This document shows positions 51,173-64,000 of a stretch of 64,000 nucleotides of DNA, one piece after another. The position numbers and the translations under genes are program-made. Under the pieces are notes generated by a model. It made no database searches. It was given only the letters and a program-made list of their open reading frames with translations, and was not told where the DNA came from. The first letter of the stretch is position 1; the number at the start of each line of letters is the position of its first letter. The stretch is from Lama glama. Lineage: Eukaryota. Location of the stretch: contig CM052828.1 in assembly GCA_028534125.1 (NCBI GenBank), positions 1,922,001 through 1,986,000 of the forward strand, written 5' to 3'.

Positions 51173-52546
51173 CTTAGATGTTCTGTTTTAGATTTGTTTC
51201 CAGCTACTGAGGGGGCAGTTGGAGTGACTTGTTGGCCCACAAATGACGTAAGATTTGACCCAAGTAAGATCAGAAATCTTATTTGAGAAATTCAGAACCA
51301 GCAGAAACCAGTTCATGGATTCCTCAGAAGACCAAAGTGGGAGGTGTCCAAATGGTGTGGACTCTGATAAGACAGGGGGTCCCCCTTGAATTTGTAACAG
51401 TCCGTGCTTGGGACAGTCAGTCCCTCCTCAGTCAGAATGTCCCCCAGAAGGTTGGACGGGGCTGCTTCAGGCCAGAGCAGCATAGCCACGTTAGGTCCTG
51501 ACCAGTGTGGTTCCTTGGGGGTGGCACAGCTGAGGGGGTTCTTCTCTTCCCTCCTTTCAGCCAAAGATGCGGAGTTTTCAGACTTCCCGTTGGCTAGGAG
51601 ATAAAACCGAGAGGGATTCCCACAGGGTAGTCACCTGACAATTGGGGCAGCCGGTATTCTCTGCCAATCCCAGGAGGGGGGCCCACGGAACCTCGGTCGA
51701 TGAAGAGTCACCCAAGTTTCGCCTCACAGGCAGAGGGAGGAGGAGAGGTGGGGCAGTGGGTGTTTCCTTTTCTTACCAGCAGCTTGTAGGACATTCCAAT
51801 AGCAGAGTTCCTGGTCTTGTAAGAGGCTCACAGGGCTCCCCAGCCCACTTTAGAGGAACTAGTGCTGACCGGAAGTGGTCAGGCCATCAGGTACCTACCC
51901 AGGGGCCCTCTTGTACTTGGCGATCGTTTCCAAAGCTGGGATCGAGCATCCTCGTTCCGTTCTGTCAGGTATCCCATCACCTGCGCCTTTTCCCAGTCTC
52001 GCCTCTTGGCTCAGGGGACTGCCACTCCTTTACCAAACTGAGAATGACCATGGAGAATGCCGCTGTTGCCCCGGAGGTCCGCGAGGAGGGCAGAGAGCCC
52101 CGTTGCAGCCACTGCGCCTTGTACTGGGGTCAGGAGGACAGCACTGATGGGGAGACAGTAGGCAAGATTGCGTGGCTCCCTCTGGTCCACAGGTCCCCAC
52201 GGTCCCCAGGCAGCAGGTCTGCGGGAAGGCCGGCCAAAGGCGGCAGGCAGGCAGGCATGAGCTTCAGTCTCCAGCCTCCAGTGGTACTGCAGTGTGATCC
52301 CTCAAGGGAGTGCCGTCCAGATGACTGTGGGGGCCACACCGTATGCCCGCCTCACCGGAACTGCTGGGTTGCTCGGCAGAGTTGTTCTGAAGTCAGCCAA
52401 AGGCTGCCACGTTTTACCTCGTCATAGTGTCCTCAGAGACCAGTCAGTCATCCCCACACAGACCTCCCAAAGCCTTCGCCGACCTCCCACTGAGCTGGGG
52501 GAGCCCAGAGCCTGGTGGGTGGGTGCAGGTGAAAAGGCCACGATGC

Positions 52547-52564
52547 ATCCCTTCATGGTTGCTA
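52547..52564 (-). other. Primer-binding site, tRNA-Arg type
   Basis: TAGCAACCATGAAGGGAT is 16/18 identical to TGGCAACCACGAAGGGAT, the complement of a tRNA-Arg(TCG) 3' end. ERV9/HERV-W-like elements use this type. Confidence 0.8.
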
Positions 52565-52569
52565 AAATT

Positions 52570-53468
52570 TTTTACCACCCCTTTTGAGTCGGACAAGATT
52601 CCACCTGCCTGGTGTCCTTCCAGCCAACAGAACGAGACCGAGTTCAGTTCAGAAGCAAAGGAAAGCTTTTTCCTTTGATCTGAGACTGGAGAGGTGTGAA
52701 CTTGCTGGCCAGAGCCCGGGGTCCCCGTCAGGCCGTGGGCAGGGCTGCTTTACGGGGTTCCCAGGAGCGGGGAGGGGGCCGCGGTCCTCACGGGGTGGGC
52801 ACGGCAATGCTGCTCACACTCCAGATCCAGTGCTGGTGCAGCGTCTCTGCAGCGCCTACCAAGGTATGGCGCAGGTATTTCACACCAGGAGCTCTGGTCT
52901 GAAGTCCTGCATGCAGCCCCCTGGGAGCTAGTGAAACTAGACTCAGCACAAAGAACGGTTAGACATGATTTCATGACCTGGATTCGATCTCCATTCCCTG
53001 GGAGGTGATAGTGGGTTTTGCTGTGACGCGGCTGATCCTCCTGACTTGGTGGGTGGGTCCTGGACAGAAGGGCCCTCCTGCAGCTGCTGGGTGTGGCCTG
53101 GGGGCCCTTCTGGTGCTGGCTCCAGTGGCAGAGGGAGATGATTCTTGGGGGCTTCAGCACGCTGGGACTTCATTGGAAGGAACTGAAAACACTTCACTTC
53201 TGTTGTCCAAGCAAAAATGGAACTCAGTCTGGGGGCTGGTTCTCCCAGGCTGGTGACACAAGGGCCTCTCTGCTACACTTGGCGGCCAGTCTGTGTGCAG
53301 TGCAGTGCTTTCCGGGCTCGTGGGTGGACTTGTACTGATCTTTGGGCTGGGCCACGTGGCCTACCCAGGCCTGCATTTCCCCACAGCCAGTGGCGCCACC
53401 AGCCTTGATGATGCTACTTCCAACCACAGGGGGGCACAGTGGCAGCATTAAAAATTTCCGCTCTCGCA
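52570..53468 (-). mobile_element. 5' LTR of the provirus (~900 bp)
   Basis: Starts TGCGAGAGCGGAAATT at 53468 and ends ...GGGGTGGTAAAA (decayed GGTAACA) a few bases before the PBS. Homologous to 47134-47820. Confidence 0.85.
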
Positions 53469-56400
53469 GTTGCTGCTGACCTCGGGGTTTGGGGGAAAGA
53501 CCCATGCTTGAGGTTTTGGGGATTTTTTTTGTCTTTGTAATAAATTGTTCTAGTACAAACTCAAACGGGCTTATTCAAAACAGAGCCTGTTCTAATGCCC
53601 TCAGTTTGTAGATGAGAAAACCAAGGCCAGAAACCTGCAGGACCTCTGCCTCCCAAGGTACGCAGGTGGCTGGTGGCCCAGCTATGCTCCCGGCTTCTCC
53701 AGGGGACCCGCCGTGCCCTGGCCAGAGCCCAGGGCCCAGGGCTGGGCGAGGGCCACACACAGGTCAGAGGACACAGGAGGACTCCGGGCAGGAGCCCCAC
53801 TGTGTGCAGCAGAGGATTGCCCAGGAAACTCCGGCATCATTTCCAGACTCAAGGAACTGGTGATGTGAGGGGAAATCAAGGAGGACACAGCACAGGAAGG
53901 AGGACGGTGGACACACGTGGAATCCTGAAGGGCTTAACCAGCCTCGGCTGCACGTGCAGGGCCAGCGATCACCCCCCAGGTCACGGAGTGGAGTGGCGTG
54001 GCTGCCGGCTTCGCTTCCGCTCAGAGTTGACGAGCTGAGGCTCAGTTCTTGAGAGTCTGGTGAAGGATCCAGTGTGAACGGCTGTCAGGACAGGCCATGC
54101 AGGGCAGCACTGCCTGCCAAGGCCCTGCACACTGTCAGCCACTAACGCAGGGGGCTTTGAAGTGAACCCACCAACAGACGGAGTCAGTGCTCTCTGGGCC
54201 CTGAGAGTCTGACATTTAGACACATTGCCACTTAAAAAATTTATTTTACTTAACAATTTTACTGTATGTAGTCACAATCATTCTAACTTAATTGCTGGTG
54301 TCTTTGTAACTTTATTAAGTATCTTTTCTTACATATAACCTTGTTAACCTTTCCAGAGTAATGCAGTAAATAAAAAGGACAAAGAAAGAGACCAGCCTCT
54401 CATTTCTTAAAAGAGGTGCAGTCTGTTTCTTCTAGAGGCAAATAATCCAAAACAAAGAGAATTTAACTGGACAATAAAAGACAGTTATGCTTTATCATTT
54501 ATAGAAACCGTACCCTTTCCTAAAATGGTTTTGATAAAGTTTATCAAAAAAGCATACAAAAGGTCTAATAAAAGAAGAATGAGATGGGAACTAAGGATCA
54601 AGGGGAAAAAATTCAGTAAATACAACGATGACAACATGCAACATAGTTTCTGTGATTGAATGTAAAGCATGGCTCTGAGCTTCCTGAAGGCCAAGGCAAA
54701 AGTGGAAAGAAGAGAAATAAGTAATATCAGCAAACAGAAGAACGTAAATTTTTTTTAAAATTATTTCCCTGGAAACCAAATCTATAAAGAGTTGCTGTGT
54801 GTGAGGATTTCTATGATGGCTTTAAGTGAAGAAATGGTGGACAATGTCCTTTGTAAGAGTTTTTGTACAAATTGGAGGAGGTAAGAATAAATATTCCAAC
54901 ACAACCTAGTAAAGTTAATCCCATGAAAGGGGCGGCCAACCTGAGCAAACTTCTGAAGAAAAACTTAGAATTCCTGCAAGTGGAGGCACAGAATTTAGGT
55001 ACCTGTTCCTTCTACAGCCTTGTGCCTGGAGCCTGGCGTTGAAGACTGGAGATAGCTTGTTCCCATGTAAACTCAGATGGAACTGTTCAAAACCGGATCC
55101 TGCAAGAATCCAGCATCTCCGATTTGAAATTACAAATGGTTTTCATGGGCTGTGTGGCCACTTGGCAGGCACCCAGGCACAGACCCTGGGCTGTCCAAGT
55201 GAGTCCCCTGGCAGCACTGGGCACTGACAGTGGATGTCTCAGCTGTGTGTGTGTGACACAGCTTTATTTCATCTCTGGGTTGAATTTTGAGCAGATGTGC
55301 TTTGCTCTCTCTCTCTCTCTTTTTTTTTTTTAAGGTAAAAAGCAATGAAAAATGCTGTGGTTTTGAAATTAAGTGAGCTCTTGAAAAATATCAGCTTTGT
55401 TTGGCTTCAGATTTTGTTTTTTCCTATACTCTAAGTTTCTCTTCTTGGCAACAAAATATCTAATTGAAAACTCAGCACGCCCACTGCCTCCCCACTCCCC
55501 ACAAAAATGTGTGGGAAGTCTCCACTAACTGAAAGAGAGTTTTCAGTTTGGTGTAATTTTTAAAGTAAACCAAAAAATAAAAATGATAGCCATTTGCTTA
55601 ATTGTTTAAGCATTTGTGATACATTAATCAGTTAACACCTGCATATCAGTTTTTAACATGCCCAGGGCTGCACTGGGCTATTTAAAAAACGTTTCTTCTG
55701 TTGTCAGGAGTATGACAATCTTGTTGGAGAGGAGGAACTAAAACACATGGTGTAGTTAGAGAACTAGTAAGTACTAATATGTGTCAGATCACCAAGTGCA
55801 AGTTCAAAGCAGGAGGGGCCGTCGTGGGAAGGAGTGGTCAGGGAGGAATTCAGGGTCTTGACCCGTCACAATCACTCCTCACGCACAAGAGAATGAGAAA
55901 TATCTGAGGGTCGTACTGTTCTCTGCCCTCTCCAATTGAACAAATATTTCTCCAGATCCAGATCTCTCCCCAAGTTTCACTGTGGTTCCTTGTTTCCTGT
56001 TAGATTTTTTTTTCAAATCTTTGCTTAAAATGTTGAAGGCCAAACAAGAGCAAGAAAGTCTCGCCCGTGAGTCAGAACCAAGGCGGCTCCCAAGCTCATC
56101 GTTTCACTCACTCTCAGATTCCTGAACATAGACCTGCATTCCTGCTCTTAATCCTCCCTTGGCGACCTTCCACCCTGACATCTTCTTTTGTGCAGAGAAC
56201 CAGGCAGGTTTCTCACCAGCATTAATCCTGTTCTCAGCCAGATTTGTAGATGAGCCCCCAGGACATGAAGCTGCCACGGGGATCCCAGCCCAGGCTTCCC
56301 ACCTAGCTGGACACTGGCCGGTCACAGATACAACCGAATTGTTGTCTTTGTAATCATGGTCTCCTGTGAACTTTTGCTTCATCAAAAATGTAACAGCTGA

Positions 56401-58374
56401 CGAAAGAAGAAACCCCTACTTCTTTTTTCCTAGTGTATTTTTATTTTTTTCTAATTTATATGACCAGTGTTGAGGAAAGGAATGAGTTTTGAAATTAGCA
56501 AAACAACATGTTGTTGGCAGCAGAGCACATCAGCCTCCCAGTCTGCTGAGATGCCCCAACGAGCCAGGGGACAGAGCCTGGGCAGTGGGTGGTGTGGCTT
56601 AATAGGGAGGACCTTGGGTTCAGCTGGCAGGTCTGCTGCAGTCCCTGACATCACCCTATCCGAATTATAATGCATTTCACTTGTACATTTCACATATTTC
56701 AAATATGGAGGTCAAGATGAACAACAGCCAGCCCTCATTTGCTCAGCAACACTTTACTGAACACCGACCATGGCCTTGTTCTGGGCAGCGTGAAGAGGAT
56801 AGTCAATGGTGCTGCCCTTTGGGCGGTCCCTGTTTTATAGGGGAACTCTGGAAGCAGGAAGGAAGGAAAGTTTCAGAGGGGGCGGCCTTTGAACTAAATC
56901 GGTCTTTAAAAATAAATTGGTCAGTAGAGTTAGAGGGAGAAAAACGATGGTTTTGGAAGATAGACTTTTCAAAAAAAGCAATTAACTTGAGCAAAGGCAT
57001 GGGCATAAAAGAGCCAGACCATCTGGAGAATTTCAGAACATTCTGCATGACCAAGAATAAGGAGCAGGAGAGGGCCTTTGAGAAACACAGCTGGAGAGGT
57101 AATGAGGGCCCAGATCTTGTGTCACACAAAGAAATTCGGATTTTTTTTCCCTTTAGGCATAAGGAAGCCGTTGAAGGGTTTAAACAGACCGCGATGTAAT
57201 CAGATTTACTCTTTGGAAATAAGACCTCCTGATTAGTTCATGGGGTCGTGTGTCTCTTCTTGCATGTCATCCGTTGTTTTGTTGTTTGGTCTTCAGACTT
57301 TATTACTGACTGAAGTAACAAAATGGCTGGAGCGAAGAGGCCGTGCCACTTACCCTCCCACAGTCTCATTTCATCTGCTTTTAAGATAGTGGTTGCATTA
57401 TCCGCCTCACCTTGCTGAGTTTGGTGTAAGAGTAGAGGCAGATGGAGGCAGAGAAGCGAGCTTGCAGCCCTGCTGTTACCAGTGTGCCTGCTGGACTCCG
57501 TCCGTTCGCTGGTACCAAGCAGATTACAGATGACCAGTGTTTACAGTTGGATGGACAAAATAACAAAAATGTAATACCTAGCACAAACTTTATAAACCAT
57601 TAGGCCTTTCATTTTATTTTGCATTTAAAAATGTTCATATCTGGGTCCCAACCCAGAGACTGATTTCGTTCATCAGGGGCATATCCCGGTATTGGTATTT
57701 TTAAAAACTCCTTGTAAGTTGACTATGCAGTTAGGTTTGGAAACCATTGTTCTAGTCTTATGTGGCTTTACAGATAGGTTTCTTTAAATTCTCCAGTAAT
57801 ACATAATTCACATGCTATAAAAATTATACTAAAACTTACAGAAAAAACAAAGGATGCTGTTGAGTTTATTTCATGAAGCAAGAACAATCCTAATTACAAA
57901 AAATGAAAGCTGAAAAAAAACTCACCAAAGATATTAAGTTATAAATTAATCTTCCTTGTGGATTACTAGGAAAACAAAAATCTAAAGGCAAAGACAGACC
58001 AAATACAAGCCCAAATGTTTTATTATTAGATCCAAAGATTATATTTTAATGAATGTAATCAAAACAAACAAAATAGGGGAAAAAGAAAAGAATGATAAAA
58101 AATGGTAATATTTATTGAAAGCGAGCATAAAGGCAATTAAAATAGAGGATTATCTTATATTAATAAGTTTTGGGCATTCTGCAGCTGTAACTAGAGGTTA
58201 TGAAAGAAATAGTTAAAACCTGTAAGCTTTGGATGGACATCACATATAAAAGTATTGAAAGTTCTTATTGTAAAAAATGAGCCCAATTCTTGCTTTTTAA
58301 TGTATTTAATCCATATTGGATCATCAGCAGAGCTATTCACAGAAAATAATACTTATCTAAACTGTTTCCATGTA

Positions 58375-60915
58375 CTTTTTCTTTATTTTTTTAAATAAAA
58401 TTTATACACCAAAAATGTTTACCATTTTAAAGTGTACAATTCAGTGGTTTTTAGTACATTCACAGAACCGTGCAACCACCAGTGCTATCCAGTTTCAGAA
58501 CATTTTCATCCCCAAATGGAAACTTCATACTTGTTAGCGATCATGCCCCAGTGTCCCTCCCCCCAGGATCCGGTAACTACTAACCTACTTTCTATCTTTA
58601 TGGATTTGCCTACTCTGGACATTTCATACAAATGGGTTAATAGAATAAGCGGTCTTTTTTGTCCGGCTTCTTTCACTGAGCATAATGTTTTCAAGGGTCA
58701 TCCATGTTGTAACAGGTGTCAGTATCTTGTTCCGTTTCACGACTGAATAGTATTCCATCGTATGGAGAGATCCCAGTTTGTTTATCTTTTCATCTGTTAA
58801 TGTGCAGTTGAGTTGCTTCCACTTTTTGGCTATCATGAATAATGCTGCTGTTAACACTAACGTACGTGCTTTTGTGTCAGAACATGTTTCCAGTCCTCTT
58901 GGGTATGTCCCTAAGAATGGAATTGCTGGGTTAGATAGTAACTTGGTGTCTGACTTTTCCGGAAACTACTATTTTCCACAATGGTTGCACATTTTACATT
59001 CCCGCCAGCAGTATATGAAGTTTTCAATTTCTCCACATCCTTGCCAACACCCGTTCTTTCCTTTTAAAAATAGTAGCAGAATGTGGCTGTTGTTTTAGTG
59101 TGTGTGAAATAATAACTCTGTGGGTTTGACCTGCATTTCCCTAATGTCTGATGATGTTGAGCGTCTTCTCATGTGCTTATTGGCCATTTGTGTTTCTTCT
59201 TGAAGAAATGTCTACTCAAATCATCTGCCCATGTTTAAACTGAGCTATTTGTCCTCTCGTTATTGAGTTGTAAGAAATTTTTATGTATTCTGGATACTAG
59301 ACCCTTGTCAGATACATGATTTATAACATTTGCTCCCATTCTTTGGATTGTTTTTTCATTTTCTTTATAGTTTCCTTTGATGCCCAAAAGTTTCCAGTAT
59401 TGATGGAGTTCAATTTGTCTAATTTTGTCTTTGCTTACTTGTGTTTTGGAGGTCATCTTTAAGAAACTGTTGCCTAAACCAAGGTCATAGAGACTTATGT
59501 ACGTGTTACTGTAGCTTTCGCCCTTAAGTGCAGGTGCTTTGTCCATTCTGAGCTGGTGTTTGAACATGCTGTGGGGCAGGGGTCCAGATTCGTTCTTGTG
59601 CATTTTGATTGGCCAGTCAGTCGGCCTGACATCATTTGTTAGAAAGAGTATTCTTTTCTCCATTGAATAGTCTTGGTGCCCTTTGTCAAAAAACCAATTG
59701 ACCATAAATGCATGGCTTTATTTCTGGACTCTTAGTTCCGTTCCACTGTTCTATGTGTCTAGCCTTTTCTCAGTGTCCCCTGTCTTGATTACTGAGTAGC
59801 TTTGTAGTACATTTTGAAGTTGGGAAATGTAGCTACACCAACTTTGTTCTTTCTCAAAATTGTTTTGATTATTCTGTGTCCCTGGCATTTCTGTATGAAT
59901 CTTAGGCTCAGCTTGTCAATTTCTGCAGGGAAAAACGGCAGCAAAAATTTTGATGGTAATTGCGTTAAAACTGTAAATCAGTTTGGATAGCATTCCCAGC
60001 TTGACGACAGTATTTTGTAGTTTTCATGTATATCTTGTACTTCCGTTGTTAACTTTATTCCTAAGTATTTTATTCTATTTTATTTTTTAAAAATTTTAAT
60101 ATATACTTTTATTGAAGTACAGTCAGTTTACAATGTTGTGTCAATTTCTGGTATACAGCACAATGCTTCAGTTATGCATGGACATACATATGTTTGTTTT
60201 CATATTCTATTTTAAATGGGATTGTTTTCTTAATTTCAGTTTTGGGCTGTTCATTGTTGCTGTGTGATGCAGCTGATTTTTGTTTGTTGGTCTTGTATTC
60301 TGCATATTTGCTGAACTCATTTATTAGCTCTAATAGACTTTTTGTGTGTGGAACCTTTAGGGCTTTCTGTGTATAAAGTCTGTCATCTGTGAATAGATCA
60401 TGTTTCACTTCTCTCTTTCCAACCTGGACACCTTTTATTTCATTTTCTTGCCTTATTGCCCTGGCTGTAACTTCCAGTAATGTGTCTTGTTCCTGAACTT
60501 GCGAGGGAAGACTTTCAGTTGTTCATCATTAAGTCGTATGTCAGCTATGGATTTTTCATAGATACCCGTCATCAGACTGAGGAAGTTCCTTCAATACCTA
60601 GTTTGTTGAGGGGTTTTCATCATAAAAGGGTTTAATTTTGTCAGATGCTTTTTGTAAGTCAGTTGAATTGATCACATGGGCTTTTCCACTTTAGTAGTAT
60701 GGTATGTTACATTGATGGATTGTTTATATTGAACCAGCTTGGACAGAGAGTTCTTCAAACCTCTGAGAGCAATAAGCCTCCGAGTTTTTTTCCCGAGGCC
60801 TCTGTGCACACGTGGGTCATGCCTCTAACACTCAGCCAGGCAGCTCACAGCTCTGCCTTCCCTGCACTTCTTGCTCGCACAGAGCCTCCGGGTCAACTAG
60901 AGGTGAGAGCTTCTA
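58375..60915 (-). mobile_element. Old L1 (L1MA/MB-like) 3' UTR and ORF2, with a younger L1 3' fragment nested at about 60083-60202
   Basis: ORFs 58624..58857 (AALFMIAKKWKQ..HTMEYYS) and 59235..59705 are L1 ORF2 C-terminal remnants. The nested insert is flanked by TSD tattctatttta (60071-60082 / 60203-60214). Confidence 0.92.
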
Positions 60916-61799
60916 TAGTAATTTAGTATAATGTACTGTCATTTGAATGCATAATTCATGCATGAGAGAAATATATTACACAAATACGTATTTATTTGTA
61001 AATATTTATGCACTCAATACGGGAGCACTTACATACATAAGGCAAATTTTAACAGACCTAAAAGAAACAGACACCAATATACTTCTTTATACAAAAAAGC
61101 GAAATGTGTAATATAAACTTATGTATGAATAATACATATCACACATGTTTAATAAACATGTATTAAGGTCATGTATATTGTTTATAATTATTTGTACATT
61201 ATAATTTATAAATACAACTTATAAAATTTTATACAAATTTACCTATAATACATACACAGCAGGTTGGCTGTATTATATGTAGACCTTCACAGGTGGGCCA
61301 GGCAGCCTTCAGCTCAGCAACCAACCTGCTTCTCAGGGCTTCCATTTTGTCGGCCCAGCTCTTAATCTTGGAGAGCTTGGTGATTTGTAGAATATAAATC
61401 TAAGGAAGTTACAAATTCATACAACTGTTAAACTATACATACTCAGATCCAAGAATGTTAATGATCTAGGAGCCATGGGACAAGGTGAGGAAGTGAAATG
61501 GGGGCTGTTTTTGTTTGTTGTTTATGATTTTTCTACACTATTTTAATTTTTTATCAACACATAAAAATTTAAAAAATTTTTTTGAGCATTTAAATTCCTT
61601 GATGCAGAAAATAAATTTCTATTTTTAGTCTTTTAGAATTTAAATATGAGTAATAATGCCATTAGGTGAATGAGCAGAATTTGTTTTCTTCTCAAGACCA
61701 AAGCCAAGTGGCAGACTCTTACAAAAGCCACCAGTGGTAACTCGGTGGAAGCAAGATCTCAGCTGAGCACAGTCAGAAGTGTGCACCACTCCCAAAATA

Positions 61800-62420
61800 G
61801 AATGGCGCAAAGGAGATGAGCAACTGATCACCCCGGGAACAACACTTGGTGCAGCTGTGTTACGTGGTTGCCATGGGTTAACAGATCGCACACAAATACC
61901 TTTCAGGGACGCAAGTGCCTAGGAAACGAGATGACGCGCAAAGTCACTAATGGCCTCAGCTGCCTTTGTCTGTTTGTGTAAGAACGCTGCCAGAGTGACC
62001 ACCTCTACGCTTGGGTTTTAAGGCTCACGAGGCAGTCTTCTTAACCTGGCCTGAAACTGAGACGGTGGCTGATGAGAGATTGCTGACTGTGGAAAACAAG
62101 TATCAAGCGTCTTTGAAACGTGAAGTGATGTGGTGGATCCTGAGGGCTCAGAGCAGCGAGCTGACGGCCTTGCAGTTGGTCTAGTAACCAGCATACTCAG
62201 CACCAGGCTTGCGACAAAGTGCGTGGGGTCTCTCAGGAGCACGTCGCTAGCTAACCAGAAACCTGAGATGTGGCGTCACTTTAGAGTGGAGTGCGCCATT
62301 GTTAATAACAATCAACCCGTCAGAGAGACTGCGTGCAGCCAAGCGGACGGGTGGCTTCCAAGTCGTTCCGAACGTGGGAAAACAAGAAGTGGAAACACGC
62401 CTGCCTCTGGGCCTGCTCCA
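61800..62420. promoter_or_regulatory. Moderately CpG-rich candidate regulatory element with RFX X-box-like motifs
   Basis: GTTGCCATGGGTTAAC at 61867-61882, GTGCCTAGGAAAC at 61915-61927, and a TGACG half-CRE at 61932. Confidence 0.35.
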
Positions 62421-62566
62421 CCGTATTCAGCTCGGATTCTCAGTCTTGCCCAGTGACAGTCTGCTCGTTTTTCAGAATCCTATTTCTGTTTAAAAGTGTC
62501 CTTCAACTTTCTCAGCAGTTACAGACGAGATGCAGAGCACTTAAGGAGCGTAAAACAATAGCTGCG

Positions 62567-62568
<2 letters not shown>

Positions 62569-62602
<34 letters not shown>

Positions 62603-62636
62603 ATGTATGTGTCTGTGCATATGTGTGTGTGTGTGT
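62569..62636. repeat. (GT)n microsatellite
   Basis: Pure GT run to 62600, then an interrupted run. Confidence 0.95.
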
Positions 62637-63299
62637 TTTGTTCAGATCCACTTTGATGTTGGGGCTGTGAGCCCACCGGTGGAGGTAGAGGTGCATGTGT
62701 GTGTCCAGGAGGATGAAGATGATACTGAACATCTTAAACATCAAATTAGGAAAATATGAATAAGAATAAATGATTAGTATCAGTCTCTGCACACTCAGTT
62801 TATCCCTTTTTCCAGCCCTATCAGCTGACATGTGAAGCCCCAGGCCAAGGTGATGAGGGAGTTGGGAGATTTTACAGGCTCACCACGGGCACTACCAGAG
62901 GGGTTGTCCTTCCCTACAGGGCACGTAGGTCCCTGCTGGGACACACATTCCCCAGCTGTAACAACCCAAAAGCAGGTGGCAGACTGGTCACCTTCACTCC
63001 TCTCCATCCCCAATAGAAAGTCATGGAGAGACACTCAGGTCTCTCTTTACCTTTATTCCAGCCCAATCATTTTATCCTTCAAAAAAGGAAAAAGATGTAG
63101 AATAATTATCATGAGTTTCCCTGGATCCTATTCTCTTATGTTCACCTCCAGTGGACATATGTCATTTGCCTACCATTTTTTCCCTGGGATATCTAAACAG
63201 CCAGAGTAAAGAAGGCTATTTTTCCTCTCCTGTTTCCTTTAAAAATTGAAAGTCAGAGTTCCATAAGAAGTCAACAAAGTGGGGAGTGGGGACTCTCTG

Positions 63300-63640
63300 A
63301 GGAAATAATGCAAGAAGATTTCTCAGAACTAAGAGTCACTGGTTTCTGTACTGAAAGGGCCAAGCAGTTAAGAAGCACAGGCGCATCAGAGCACCTTATC
63401 AGAGGTTTTCAGAATTCCAGGACAAAGAGAAGACCCTAAAGATGAAAACAAGGAAACAGCAGATGAGCGCAGACATCGCAGCAGCAGGGAAGGGAGGCCA
63501 GAAGCAGTGGAGCAACGCCTTTGAAATTCTAAAGAAAACGTCTTCATCCTAGAATTACAGACCAAGCCCACAGGAGAATCAAGCGTGAGGCGCATAATAC
63601 AAAGTGGCATTTTTAAATATACATGTTCTCAAAACAAAAA
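63300..63640 (+). mobile_element. Decayed L1 ORF1 remnant
   Basis: gccagaagcagtggagcaacgcctttgaaattctaaagaaaac..cctagaatt resembles ORF1 ARRQW..FK.L...PRI. Confidence 0.6.
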
Positions 63641-64000
63641 AAAATGTGTCCCTTATCAAAAAAAGGTATAGGCTTTTGTGAGCTTTTTCTCACAAAAAGC
63701 TACATGGAGATGAGTTTCGCCAATAAAGGGGAAAGATAGGAAATAGAGAAGATACGAATTCAGCACAGGAAGGGGCACAGAAATGGTGAGGAGAGACCCC
63801 AAGATGACAGCGGGGTCCCAGGCGAGGAGGACCAGCAGCCTGGCCGGAGGAACTCGGGCGGATGCAGAGGCGGCTGCTCCAGAAAGAAGCTGAGGGAGGC
63901 CTGATGGCATCCGAGAGGCCTGCGGGAAGACGGCCATCTGTGAAGAGCTCGAGGTCGAACAAGCAGGACACAGTCGGGGAAACTGTTACTAATGCCAAGA

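Larger units (their letters stand above)
47134..53468 (-). mobile_element. Decayed ERV1-class (gamma-like) provirus: 5'LTR-PBS(Arg)-leader-gag(del)-pol(del)-3'LTR, no recognisable env
   Basis: Two homologous LTRs, a PBS, and gag MA/CA plus RT/RNase H/IN remnants, all collinear on the minus strand. Confidence 0.92.

Noticed and set aside
51642-52427. 261-aa plus-strand ORF
   Set aside because: Antisense to the ERV leader, non-ATG start and no recognisable domain; likely a chance GC-rich ORF.
47128-53474. Target-site duplication for the provirus
   Set aside because: The flanks (..cgcc | gttg..) do not match as a 4-bp TSD. The 3' LTR edge is approximate and diverged, so no TSD is claimed.

Overview
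Mammalian genomic DNA, most likely a camelid (alpaca/camel), judged from three Vic-1-type tRNA-derived SINEs. The window holds the 5' end of SACS (sacsin) on the minus strand. I resolved four spliced coding exons (20301-20830 carrying the ATG, 6192-6342, 1690-1777, 699-784). They encode [24 protein letters not shown]...[10 protein letters not shown]...[29 protein letters not shown], i.e. the UBL domain and the start of the first sacsin repeat region. A CpG island over exon 3 also contains a proximal alternative first exon with two ATG/splice-donor pairs. Upstream, at about 47.1-53.5 kb, lies a decayed ERV1-class provirus in the same orientation as SACS, with an Arg primer-binding site and deleted gag-pol. 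The most notable observation is that its 3' LTR is a CpG island carrying GC-box, NRF1 and YY1 motifs, while its 5' LTR twin is CpG-depleted and lacks them. This suggests the LTR was exapted as a promoter facing SACS. The rest is intronic or intergenic sequence with L1 fragments, solo LTRs, DNA-transposon fossils, microsatellites and two assembly gaps. Repeat family names and human/mouse comparisons come from memory, not from a search.
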